Assembly: GCA_002067795.1 (NCBI GenBank) | Contig: MVQI01000024.1 | Span: 1-25,156 of the forward strand | Length of the DNA stretch: 25,156 nt | Direction of reading: 5' to 3' | Origin: Methanosaeta sp. PtaB.Bin039 | GTDB lineage: Archaea > Halobacteriota > Methanosarcinia > Methanotrichales > Methanotrichaceae | Part shown: piece by piece, positions 8,664-16,128 of the stretch | Layout of the letters: each line of letters starts with the position of its first letter | Position numbering within the stretch: the stretch's first letter is position 1 | The notes under the pieces: model-generated | The model's input: the letters and a program-made list of their open reading frames with translations, nothing else | Told to the model about the DNA's origin: nothing | Databases searched by the model: none | Translations under genes and position numbers: made by a program

Positions 8664-9926
8664 ATGAGACTTGACCCCCCGATAGAGAGCATGCTTGTGG
8701 CATCCAACAGCTACGCCAATAAGGTGAGGCGCTTCAGCTCCAATGCCAGATTGTATCTGGCCTTCCATCTCCTGACCACCGTAAACGCAGGGATCTACGG
8801 GGTTATATTCAACCTCTATATCCTGAGCCTTGGTTTTCGTGAGGACTTCTTAGGTCTGATATTATCCATCTCATCCTTATCGGTCGGACTTTTCGCGATG
8901 CCATCGGCCTTCGTATGCGATCGTCTTGGAAGAAAGAGGACGCTGCTGCTCTCATCGGTTCTCCTTGCAGTATCGCTCCTGTTTCTCTACAACACAACGT
9001 CTCAGGTGCTGCTAGTGGCCTTCAGCATAGCGTTTGGGATGGCCTCAAGCTTGAGCCTGATAACAGGATCGATATTTCTGCTGGAGAATTCCTCAGCTGA
9101 GGAGAGAATGTACCTCTTCTCTATGTCCTCTCTGATCTACACCATCTCTGCATTATCCGGAAATATGATCGGAGGCTTTTTGCCGGGCATTCTTTCGGAT
9201 ATGTTCACACTGGATGCCGACAGTATCGTTGCATACAGAATTACCCTCTATGTTTCATTGACAGCGATAATAATCTCGATGCTGCCGCTGGCATATATGA
9301 GAGAGGAGCGCCGCATGGAAATGGCGATCTCAAGCGGCCAGCTTCTGGCCTATAAATCGGTGTTTGGGTCCAAGAACGCCAGAAGGATGGTCCTATTCTT
9401 TTGCCTTTTCGGCATAGGATGGGGCATGTCGCTTCCCTACTTCAACGTGTATCTCGATTCTTTCTTGGGTGCGAGTGCAAGCCAAATCGGCATGATCTTT
9501 TCTGCGTCTCAGGTGTTCATGGTGGTCGGATACTTCCTGGTGCCCATCTTCGCAGAGAGGGTCGGAAAGATAAGGCTGGCCTCCTCTGTTCAGATACTGT
9601 CCATACCGTTCCTGCTTATGTTCACCTTTGCCTCCAACCTGCTTGTGGCAGCAACTGGATTTGTGATGCGCTACATGCTGATGAACATGGCAAATCCGGT
9701 ATTGAACAGCTTCAAGCTGGAGATCGTCCGTCCAAACGAGAGATCGATGATCAACAGCATCACCTGGATGGCCTGCCATACCTTTGTGGGAGTTGGGACC
9801 TATGCGGGAGGAATGATGATGGCTAATGGATGGAACAGCATGCCGTTTCTGGTGACAGGCGTATTTTATGCGGTCTCCGCCGCATATTATTATATATGCT
9901 TCAATAAGCTTGAAGAGACGGCATGA
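8664..9926 (+). CDS. MFS-family transporter
   Basis: The 420-aa ORF has about 12 hydrophobic segments and the MFS loop motif DRLGRKRTLL between predicted TM2 and TM3. ATG 8691 is an alternative start. Confidence 0.8.
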   Translation: MRLDPPIESMLVASNSYANKVRRFSSNARLYLAFHLLTTVNAGIYGVIFNLYILSLGFREDFLGLILSISSLSVGLFAMPSAFVCDRLGRKRTLLLSSVLLAVSLLFLYNTTSQVLLVAFSIAFGMASSLSLITGSIFLLENSSAEERMYLFSMSSLIYTISALSGNMIGGFLPGILSDMFTLDADSIVAYRITLYVSLTAIIISMLPLAYMREERRMEMAISSGQLLAYKSVFGSKNARRMVLFFCLFGIGWGMSLPYFNVYLDSFLGASASQIGMIFSASQVFMVVGYFLVPIFAERVGKIRLASSVQILSIPFLLMFTFASNLLVAATGFVMRYMLMNMANPVLNSFKLEIVRPNERSMINSITWMACHTFVGVGTYAGGMMMANGWNSMPFLVTGVFYAVSAAYYYICFNKLEETA

Positions 9927-10217
9927 TAGCATGCACCCGAGTCAATGGAAATGCGATCAACAAGGCTGGGACCGAAAAACAAATGCATCCTGCCAGTGAC
10001 AAACCTATCACTTTGAACCACCCGCTTCTGTGTCCCCGGCTTTTCCGTCTCTCCCTTCCTGCTCCTTATCATCTGGTCTGCCGGCATCCTCCGCGTGGCC
10101 GTACCTCTCTGGAAGCTCCTCAGGAAGATCAGCGCCGCACACAGCTCTTCACAGCTGTATGACTAATCGCCACCAGAATTAAACCGTATCGATTCGTCCG
10201 GCCTGCTACCACAAGGG

Positions 10218-10225
10218 CTATTATC
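10218..10225 (+). promoter_or_regulatory. Candidate TATA box placing the transcription start at or near ATG 10248 (leaderless mRNA)
   Basis: CTATTATC is centred about 26 nt upstream of the ATG. No Shine-Dalgarno-like purine run lies between it and the ATG; that stretch is CT-rich. Confidence 0.25.
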
Positions 10226-10247
10226 CCAAGGGCCCTCCTCCCCACCC

Positions 10248-11204
10248 ATGCCAAACCTCAACGTGGTGGTCCTGGGTCCAGCCGGCTACTCCAAGGAGCT
10301 GGGAAAGACGGGAACCACTAGCGATATGACCTTTTACAATCTGAAAAGGGGCGAGGATACCGTCACCTTCATAGAGCCCACCCGCTACCCGGAACGTCTG
10401 GCACCCCTCTTTTACGCAGCAACTCTTGCCAGGATGGCGGTTTTGGTGGTGGAGAAGATCGATCCGGCATTCGGAGAGTGCGTCCTGATGCTCGACTGCC
10501 TGGGCATATCCTCCGGCTATCTGATCCTCCGCAACTTCATCCAGAAGGAGCAGGTCTTGCCGCTCATCAAGGGAACGGTCGCAGAGGGCTATGAGCTGCT
10601 GGCAGACGATCCCATTGTCCTGCGTGAGCGCCTGCTGGAAGAGGCGACAAAGGAGAATCCGGCCTTAGACGCTCCCGTTGGCAGCATGCCTGTGGACCAC
10701 TTCTTCAGCGTCCGCGGCGTCGGCACGGTTGTCCTTGGTGCTGTCACCCGGGGCAGCTTAAAGAAGCACGACTCGTTGCGAATCCTGCCGGGCGAAAAGA
10801 CCGCCCAGATCCGCTCGATTCAGAAGCACGACCAGGATTTCGATGCGGCTGGTCAGGGTGAGAGGACCGGACTTGCGCTGAAGGGAATAGAGGTGGACGA
10901 CCTTGACCGCGGCGTTGTGCTCACCACTGATCCGTCCATCAAGGTCAGCAGCTCTGTGCAGGCAAAAGCGCGGCTGGTAAAATACTGGCCATCGCCGCTG
11001 AAGGAAGGCATGGTGCTGCACCTGGGCCACTGGATGCAGTTCGTGCCTGCCAGGGTCGAGTCGGCCAGCGGAGACGACTGGCACAGGCCACTTCTTCAGC
11101 TATCCCTCGACAAGCCACTCGTGCATCCGCCAGGCGCCTCTGGAGTGCTCACCTATCCGGAAGGAGGCAAGCTTCGAGTCGTGGGGACGGTAGAGCTGCC
11201 CTGA
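10248..11204 (+). CDS. EF-Tu/SelB-like protein with a degenerate G domain and an intact EF-Tu domain 2
   Basis: The 318-aa ORF has a middle region typical of the EF-Tu domain 2 beta-barrel (FSVRGVGTVVLGAVTRGSLKKHDSLRILPGEKTAQIRSIQKHDQDFDAAGQGERTGLALKGIEVDDLDRG). The N-terminal ~130 aa align positionally with a G domain. The P-loop reads GPAGYSKELGK instead of GHVDHGK(S/T). I can find no DxxG or NKxD motif. Confidence 0.7.
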   Translation: MPNLNVVVLGPAGYSKELGKTGTTSDMTFYNLKRGEDTVTFIEPTRYPERLAPLFYAATLARMAVLVVEKIDPAFGECVLMLDCLGISSGYLILRNFIQKEQVLPLIKGTVAEGYELLADDPIVLRERLLEEATKENPALDAPVGSMPVDHFFSVRGVGTVVLGAVTRGSLKKHDSLRILPGEKTAQIRSIQKHDQDFDAAGQGERTGLALKGIEVDDLDRGVVLTTDPSIKVSSSVQAKARLVKYWPSPLKEGMVLHLGHWMQFVPARVESASGDDWHRPLLQLSLDKPLVHPPGASGVLTYPEGGKLRVVGTVELP

Positions 11205-11256
11205 GAGGATCGGGGAACTCTAATCCCTCAGGGCCAGCCCCAAACACCACGCACTT

Positions 11257-11290
11257 ACACGCTTTTTCGGAAAAACCTGAAAAAGCGTGT
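11257..11290. terminator. Perfect 11-bp inverted repeat between convergent genes, a candidate bidirectional terminator
   Basis: ACACGCTTTTT (11257..11267), a 12-nt loop, then AAAAAGCGTGT (11280..11290). Because of the palindrome, each strand presents a T5 run. It lies between the stop at 11204 (+) and the stop at 11441 (-). Confidence 0.45.
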
Positions 11291-11440
11291 TTCTCATGGG
11301 GCAGGTCTGAAAAGCCTGTCAGATTTTGCCAGGGAACCGAAAGATCGGATAAGAAAAGGAAAGGTCGAAGAGGATTGCGATAGGGAATTTGGTCCGGCCG
11401 AACACCTGCGGCCGAAACCGTCCTGTTGCCCATCTCCGTC

Positions 11441-12283
11441 TCACTGGGTCAGCCCTGCCCTCCACTTCAGCATCCTCTCCTCAACCACGTAGCGGAAGGC
11501 CCTGTCGATGAACAGGCCCAGCAATCCCAGGACTATCATGTAGAGGAGCACGTACTCCATCTTGTGCAGGTAGTAGTACGACCAGATGCGGTAGCCCAGC
11601 CCGCTGGTGCTGACACCGAACATCTCTGCAGCTACAAGGCACATCCAGGATATGCCCATGGCGATCCTTACGCCTCCGGCTATTGAGGGCAGGGCGTACG
11701 GGAAAGCCACGTAGCGGATAAGGTCTCGATTGCTTGTAGCACCCAGCACCTTGGCCGACTCCACGAATACCCGAGGCAGGCTTCTAAATCCCACATAGGT
11801 GTTGATCAGTATGGGAAAGACCGCTCCGACAAATACGATGAACCCGGCGGACTCGTGAGTCAGGCCGAACCAGACGATGGCGAACGGTATCCAGGCCAGC
11901 GGAGGTATGGGCCGTATCACCTCCACCATGGGGTCGATCAGCCGGTCCATGTGCCTAGACCATCCCATTCCCATGCCCAGTGGAAGGGCGAGGAGCACTC
12001 CGGCTCCCATGCCCAACCCGAAGTGAAGCAGGCTTATTGGCAGATCCTGAAATATCAGGGTCTTCCAGCTTGCCTCGAGGGCGACGAGGACCTGCAGAAA
12101 GCTGGGCAGGATCAGGGTGTCGCCCACGAGCATTGCCACGGCCTGCCATACAAGGACCAGGCTGGCAAGGGAGAGGGCGGAAATCCACTCCCTGCGAAGC
12201 GTCTTCGCCCAGTCGCCGTTCATCTTCGACTCCTGCCTGAGCCTGGTATCGCGATCCAGCTCATCAGGCCTTCGCCCTGTCAA
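11441..12283 (-). CDS. ABC transporter permease, NitT/TauT (SsuC/TauC-like) family
   Basis: The 280-aa ORF has six hydrophobic segments and sequence character of binding-protein-dependent permeases (VIRPIPPLAWIPFAIVWFG, ESAKVLGATSNRDLIRYVAFPYALPSI). ATG 12223 is an alternative start with a GGAG upstream. The track start at 12283 overlaps the upstream gene by 20 nt. Confidence 0.85.
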   Translation of the reverse strand: MTGRRPDELDRDTRLRQESKMNGDWAKTLRREWISALSLASLVLVWQAVAMLVGDTLILPSFLQVLVALEASWKTLIFQDLPISLLHFGLGMGAGVLLALPLGMGMGWSRHMDRLIDPMVEVIRPIPPLAWIPFAIVWFGLTHESAGFIVFVGAVFPILINTYVGFRSLPRVFVESAKVLGATSNRDLIRYVAFPYALPSIAGGVRIAMGISWMCLVAAEMFGVSTSGLGYRIWSYYYLHKMEYVLLYMIVLGLLGLFIDRAFRYVVEERMLKWRAGLTQ

Positions 12284-13241
12284 AGAAGCTGGTGTCGAAG
12301 AGCTCCTCCTCAGACAGCTCCTTTTGGGTGTAGTTCATCTGATAGTCCACCTTGGCATACTCCAGGGTAGAGGGGATCTGGATGTGGGGATCGCTCACCC
12401 ACTCGCCGTCCCAGTTCTTGACGGAGTGCATGACCGTCTTGAGATCCTGCTTGGTGCGGTTGGCGTAGATCTCCGCAGCCTCCTCCGGATGGGAGTTAAC
12501 ATACTCGGTTGCCTTCAGGTGGGTCTTGACGATCTGAGCCACCAGCTCCGGATTGTCCCGGATCAGCCGGCCGCTGACAACAAGGCTGCAGCAGGCGTGG
12601 TTGGGCCACATCTGGCCGGAGGGCAGCGCCTCCTGTCCTTTGCCCTCCAGGATGACTATCGACGGCGACGGTGCAGGCAGGAAGACCCCATCGACCTTGC
12701 CGGCGGAGATGGCAGTAACTGCATCTCCCGGCCCCATGGGCAGGATCCTTACCTTGTCGATGTCAACTCCGTTTTCCTGCAGCCACTTCTTCATCACAGT
12801 GTCCTGGATTGACCCAGGCGGAAATGTGCCGATGCTCATCCCTTCAAGTGAGGACGGTCCCAGATAGGCTTTATCTGGCCTCAGGACAAGGTCGGAGCCG
12901 TTGGTATTGACGGCGGCCACGATCTTGGCATCCAGGCCGCTGGCAATTGCCGAGATCGGCGGGGCTGTTCCTACGTAGGCCACATCAAGGCTTCCGGCCA
13001 GCATGGCCTGCATCTCAGGCGGACCGGAGGGAAATTCGAACTCCTTTATCTCGGTAATTCCGAAGGGCTTCAAGTCCTCCAGCCACCATCCTTTCTCCAT
13101 GGCCACCATCTCGGCGATCTGGTGGGTGCTGGGCTGGTAACCTATGTTCAATGTGGTCACCTCGGCCTTCTTCTCCGAGATGCAACCCAGCGTAGCAACC
13201 ACTGCCAGGGCAACAACAGCAATAATTATCTGGCTTCTCAA
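12264..13241 (-). CDS. ABC transporter substrate-binding (lipo)protein, NMT1/THI5-SsuA/TauA-like
   Basis: The 325-aa ORF has a TTG start preceded by GGGGTGAT at 5-nt spacing. Its signal peptide ends in a lipobox-like TLGC. The body is typical of NitT/TauT-family binding proteins (LNIGYQPSTHQ..., GSLDVAYVGTAPPISA, IVAAVNTNGSDLV). Confidence 0.85.
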   Translation of the reverse strand: MRSQIIIAVVALAVVATLGCISEKKAEVTTLNIGYQPSTHQIAEMVAMEKGWWLEDLKPFGITEIKEFEFPSGPPEMQAMLAGSLDVAYVGTAPPISAIASGLDAKIVAAVNTNGSDLVLRPDKAYLGPSSLEGMSIGTFPPGSIQDTVMKKWLQENGVDIDKVRILPMGPGDAVTAISAGKVDGVFLPAPSPSIVILEGKGQEALPSGQMWPNHACCSLVVSGRLIRDNPELVAQIVKTHLKATEYVNSHPEEAAEIYANRTKQDLKTVMHSVKNWDGEWVSDPHIQIPSTLEYAKVDYQMNYTQKELSEEELFDTSFFDRAKA

Positions 13242-13301
13242 ATGGCATCACCCCGATGATACTTACGGATCGGATGAATCCATGACTCTGCTCGGTCGGT
13301 T

Positions 13302-13310
13302 TGTATAAAG
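13302..13310 (-). promoter_or_regulatory. Candidate TATA box for the binding-protein/permease operon
   Basis: The minus strand reads CTTTATACA, about 65 nt upstream of the TTG at 13241. The predicted leader would include the GGGGTGAT Shine-Dalgarno site. Confidence 0.3.
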
Positions 13311-13675
13311 TTCTTTCCCGCCAGGCAGCCTATTGTTCCTTTTCGGGCAAATCATCTCTTTGATTTGGACAAAAATATCTCGTATAGAGGTGCAAGCGGC
13401 ATAGATGGTCGCGAAAGGCGATCTGCAGCAAAGCAGATATCCTAAGAGAGCGAACTTGGGGCGAGGCCAGTGGATGCGATTGAGTCATTTTAGGATATGG
13501 CCTTCCGAGGAGACCAGGAGAGAACAGGATGCCTGAAATCCCAAAGGAAAAGAGACGTCTTATCCAAGGACCATGCAGCTCCTGCCAGAAAACTGTTCGA
13601 CGAGACGCAATTTTCGGCAAGATTAGATCCATTTCGCAGGCCAGGGATTCGCATCTACAAGGTTGCAGGTGAATA

Positions 13676-14932
13676 ATGAGATCGGCTTTCGAGATCTCGG
13701 AGAAGATAAGAAGAGGCCACGGAGTGGTGATGACAGTCGGCGAGCTCCAGCATCTGGCCGAGAGCGGAGACGGAGAGGGGATCGAGGAGGTTGACGTCAT
13801 AACCACAGCTACCCGTGCGGTCATGAGCGGAACTTATGCCGTTCTATCCTTTCCGGCAGCCTGTCCGGGCGCGTTCATCAGGGCCAGGTCTGCCAGGCTC
13901 AACGGCGTCTTGGCCAATGTGGGCCCATGCCCCAACGAGCGGCTGGGTGTGCTCGATCTGGTGGTGTTCGGCACCGGACACAGGGATGCCAGATATGGCG
14001 GCGGGCATCTATTCCGGGACCTGGTTGAGGGAAAAGGGGTGACAGTGGAGATCGAGACGTCAGATGGCCGAATCCTGAAGGACGAGACCTCCCTTGCACG
14101 GATGCAGTCCGCGCGGCTATTCGGAAGCCGCCACTGCTTCAAGAACTACTCCGCCTTCGTCAATCCGGGATGCCAGGATGTAAGGACCATATTTCATGCG
14201 GTCGGCTTTCCGCCGAACCTGGCTGCAGCCACCTTCTCCGGATGCGGCCGCTACAGCCCGCTGCAGTGCGATCCTCTTTTAGAGGGCATCGGCGCAGGCA
14301 GCCGAATACTGATGAACGGCGCAACAGGCATGGTAATTGGGCCCGGCACACGCAGCAGCAAACAGCGCCCGAACCTTAGCGGATTTGCCGATATGGCTGG
14401 AATGGACCCGCAGCTGATGGGCGGCTTCATCACGTCGGCAGGCCCGGAATGCATCTGCTCCTGGGCTGTGGCAATCCCTGTTGTCAGCCCATCCATTTTG
14501 CAGGCTGCCCTGACCCCTGACCGGGATATCCACATGCCTGTGATGGACGTCGTAGAGCGCAGGCCACTGGGAGAGGCAGACTACGGCCAGGTCTGGGACG
14601 ATGTGGACCTGGCGGTGCGATTCTCACCTCAGGCGTGCCGAGGCTGCCAGGCCTGCCAGGCAGAGGAGAGCTGTCCCACCCAGGCGATTGGCCGGGATAA
14701 AGGGATAAGGATTGACCGCAGCCTGTGCTTCAACTGTGGGCTTTGTTCTACGATCTGTCCGGACGTCTTCGCCGCCAGGCTGGGATCGATCGGGCTTGCA
14801 GGAAGACAGGTGCCGGTGGCCATGCGCCAGTCTGACCGGGCCAGGGCCCAGAAGATGGCTGCTGACCTGAAACGGCGAATACTCGACGGCTCTTTCCAGA
14901 TAACTCCGATGATCGATGCTATCCGGTTCTAG
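13676..14932 (+). CDS. comF: DUF39/COG1900-domain protein with a C-terminal 2x[4Fe-4S] ferredoxin domain; candidate coenzyme M synthase (ComF/MJ1681-type)
   Basis: The 418-aa ORF has AGGTGA 5 nt upstream of its ATG. The N-terminal ~330 aa read as the DUF39 family (ISEKIRRGHGVVMTVGEL..., VDVITTATRAVMSG, KNYSAFVNPG, GSRILMNGATGMVIGPGTRS). The C-terminus has two Cys clusters, CRGCQACQAEESCP and CFNCGLCSTICP. It is adjacent and convergent to comE and comD. The functional call comes from family knowledge plus context, not from sequence alone. Confidence 0.7.
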   Translation: MRSAFEISEKIRRGHGVVMTVGELQHLAESGDGEGIEEVDVITTATRAVMSGTYAVLSFPAACPGAFIRARSARLNGVLANVGPCPNERLGVLDLVVFGTGHRDARYGGGHLFRDLVEGKGVTVEIETSDGRILKDETSLARMQSARLFGSRHCFKNYSAFVNPGCQDVRTIFHAVGFPPNLAAATFSGCGRYSPLQCDPLLEGIGAGSRILMNGATGMVIGPGTRSSKQRPNLSGFADMAGMDPQLMGGFITSAGPECICSWAVAIPVVSPSILQAALTPDRDIHMPVMDVVERRPLGEADYGQVWDDVDLAVRFSPQACRGCQACQAEESCPTQAIGRDKGIRIDRSLCFNCGLCSTICPDVFAARLGSIGLAGRQVPVAMRQSDRARAQKMAADLKRRILDGSFQITPMIDAIRF

Positions 14933-15449
14933 TGGGGAGACAAGAGGTGAACCGGTCCCGGATCTGAAGAGGGGAGAGTGGGATGATCGGTACTTCGGCG
15001 TTTCCAGGCTCTACCCGGACAACCAGGACGCCGGATCGGTCAAGGCTGCGTCGCAGTTCCTCCGAAGTGGCGGCCTGGCCGACCTCCTCCACGCCGGCTG
15101 CCCTTGCCATCTGGACGAGATCGGTCTTCTGGGCTGTGCAGGTCAGCTGGCAGCCTGTGGAGCCGTAAGAGCAGTTATCAAGGATTATCAGCAGGTAGCC
15201 AGAAGGCGCATGGTGAGCGATCGTGGCCAGGGTGCCCAGGTTCATGAGGACTGAGCCGTCGCCGTCGATGACGAAGACCCGGCGTCCGCTGGCCAGCGCA
15301 AGCCCGAGGCCGATTGAAGAGGCGAGCCCCATCGAGCCCAGCATGTAGAAGTTCTCAGGCCGGTCGTAAACAGCGTAAAGCTCCCTGCTGGGATAGCCGA
15401 TGTTGCAGACGAGCAGGGCTTTCTGCCTCACAGCCTGCCCCGCCACCAC
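14919..15449 (-). CDS. comE: Sulfopyruvate decarboxylase beta subunit (TPP-binding)
   Basis: The 176-aa ORF has the thiamine-diphosphate motif VIDGDGSVLMNLG...IILDN and the conserved NIGYPSRELY and FYMLGSMGLASSIGLGLA blocks. The track start is GTG 15449. The frame stays open upstream to 15485 (see findings). Confidence 0.85.
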   Translation of the reverse strand: MVAGQAVRQKALLVCNIGYPSRELYAVYDRPENFYMLGSMGLASSIGLGLALASGRRVFVIDGDGSVLMNLGTLATIAHHAPSGYLLIILDNCSYGSTGCQLTCTAQKTDLVQMARAAGVEEVGQAATSEELRRSLDRSGVLVVRVEPGNAEVPIIPLSPLQIRDRFTSCLPTRTG

Positions 15450-15493
15450 CTCGATAGCCTCGATGCGTCTCGTATACAGGCCTCCTCAGCTCT

Positions 15494-16072
15494 TCAGATC
15501 CCCTTCCAGAAGTCCAGGTCGAGGAGCACTGCCGCCAGAGTACCCCTTTCCCATGCTGCTGCAGCGGCATGGGCCACGAACGACCTGGCCTGCTGCGGCC
15601 GTGGTGTCCAGCTTGGTATGCCCAGAGCATCCAGCAAGGGCGCGGTCAGCCGGCCCATCGGGATCTGGCCGGAGATCTTCTCCCCACTGGACCCCCTGTG
15701 GCTTATTATCATCAGCAGGGGCAGCCCGTAGAGCTGATCCAGCGAGGCAAGGGCGTTGATGCTATTTCCCAGGCCGGAGTTTTGCATCAGAAGTGCAGGA
15801 CGGAGGCCTCCCAGGAAAGCTCCGGCGCAGATCCCTACCCCCTCCTCCTCCCTGGTGACCGGGACGAAGCGTATCTCAGGATCTGCCTCGACCATAGTCA
15901 GCAGCTCCTGTAGGTTGATGCAGGGGACGCTGGCCGCAAAGTCGATCCCGCCATCCTTCATCCCCATGAAGATCCAATGGCTTGGGCTCGCAGGATGCTG
16001 GCCAAAAGTGGCCGAATGTCCATCAGAATCGGCTTGCCTGGGCGTTGGCGGCTTGATGTCCATCACCTTCAT
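15494..16072 (-). CDS. comD: Sulfopyruvate decarboxylase alpha subunit
   Basis: The 192-aa ORF resembles a TPP-enzyme PYR domain (GIDFAASVPCINL, VTREEEGVGICAGAFLGG, LLMQNSGLGNSINALASL, PLLMIISHRG). It lies immediately upstream of comE on the same strand. A GGAGA lies 13 nt upstream of the ATG. Confidence 0.85.
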   Translation of the reverse strand: MKVMDIKPPTPRQADSDGHSATFGQHPASPSHWIFMGMKDGGIDFAASVPCINLQELLTMVEADPEIRFVPVTREEEGVGICAGAFLGGLRPALLMQNSGLGNSINALASLDQLYGLPLLMIISHRGSSGEKISGQIPMGRLTAPLLDALGIPSWTPRPQQARSFVAHAAAAAWERGTLAAVLLDLDFWKGI

Positions 16073-16128
16073 CTGCTGCAGCTTCTCTCCTGTTTTTCAG
16101 TGGATAAGCGACACCATCGTGGAGGATT

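Noticed and set aside
9890-10162. ORFs 9890..10087 (-) and 9923..10162 (+) in the pyrimidine-rich spacer after the MFS gene
   Set aside because: They are short, overlap each other and have no start signals. The strongly CT-rich plus strand (about 10020-10110) explains open frames by composition alone.
11855-12812. Plus-strand ORFs 11855..12370 (171 aa), 11980..12240 and 12117..12812 (231 aa)
   Set aside because: They are antisense to the ABC permease and binding-protein genes. Their translations are rich in Pro, Gly, His and Arg, and they lack start signals.
13242-13675. Possible TPP riboswitch upstream of the thiamine-related-looking NMT1/THI5-family transporter or of the ComF-type gene
   Set aside because: I could not find the conserved thi-box elements (a CUGAGA and ACCUGAUCUGGAUAAUGCCAGCG-like core) on either strand.
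13330-13824. 164-aa minus-strand ORF spanning the long intergenic region
   Set aside because: It overlaps the well-supported start of the DUF39 gene in antisense. It has no Shine-Dalgarno site and a low-complexity Ser/Pro-rich translation.
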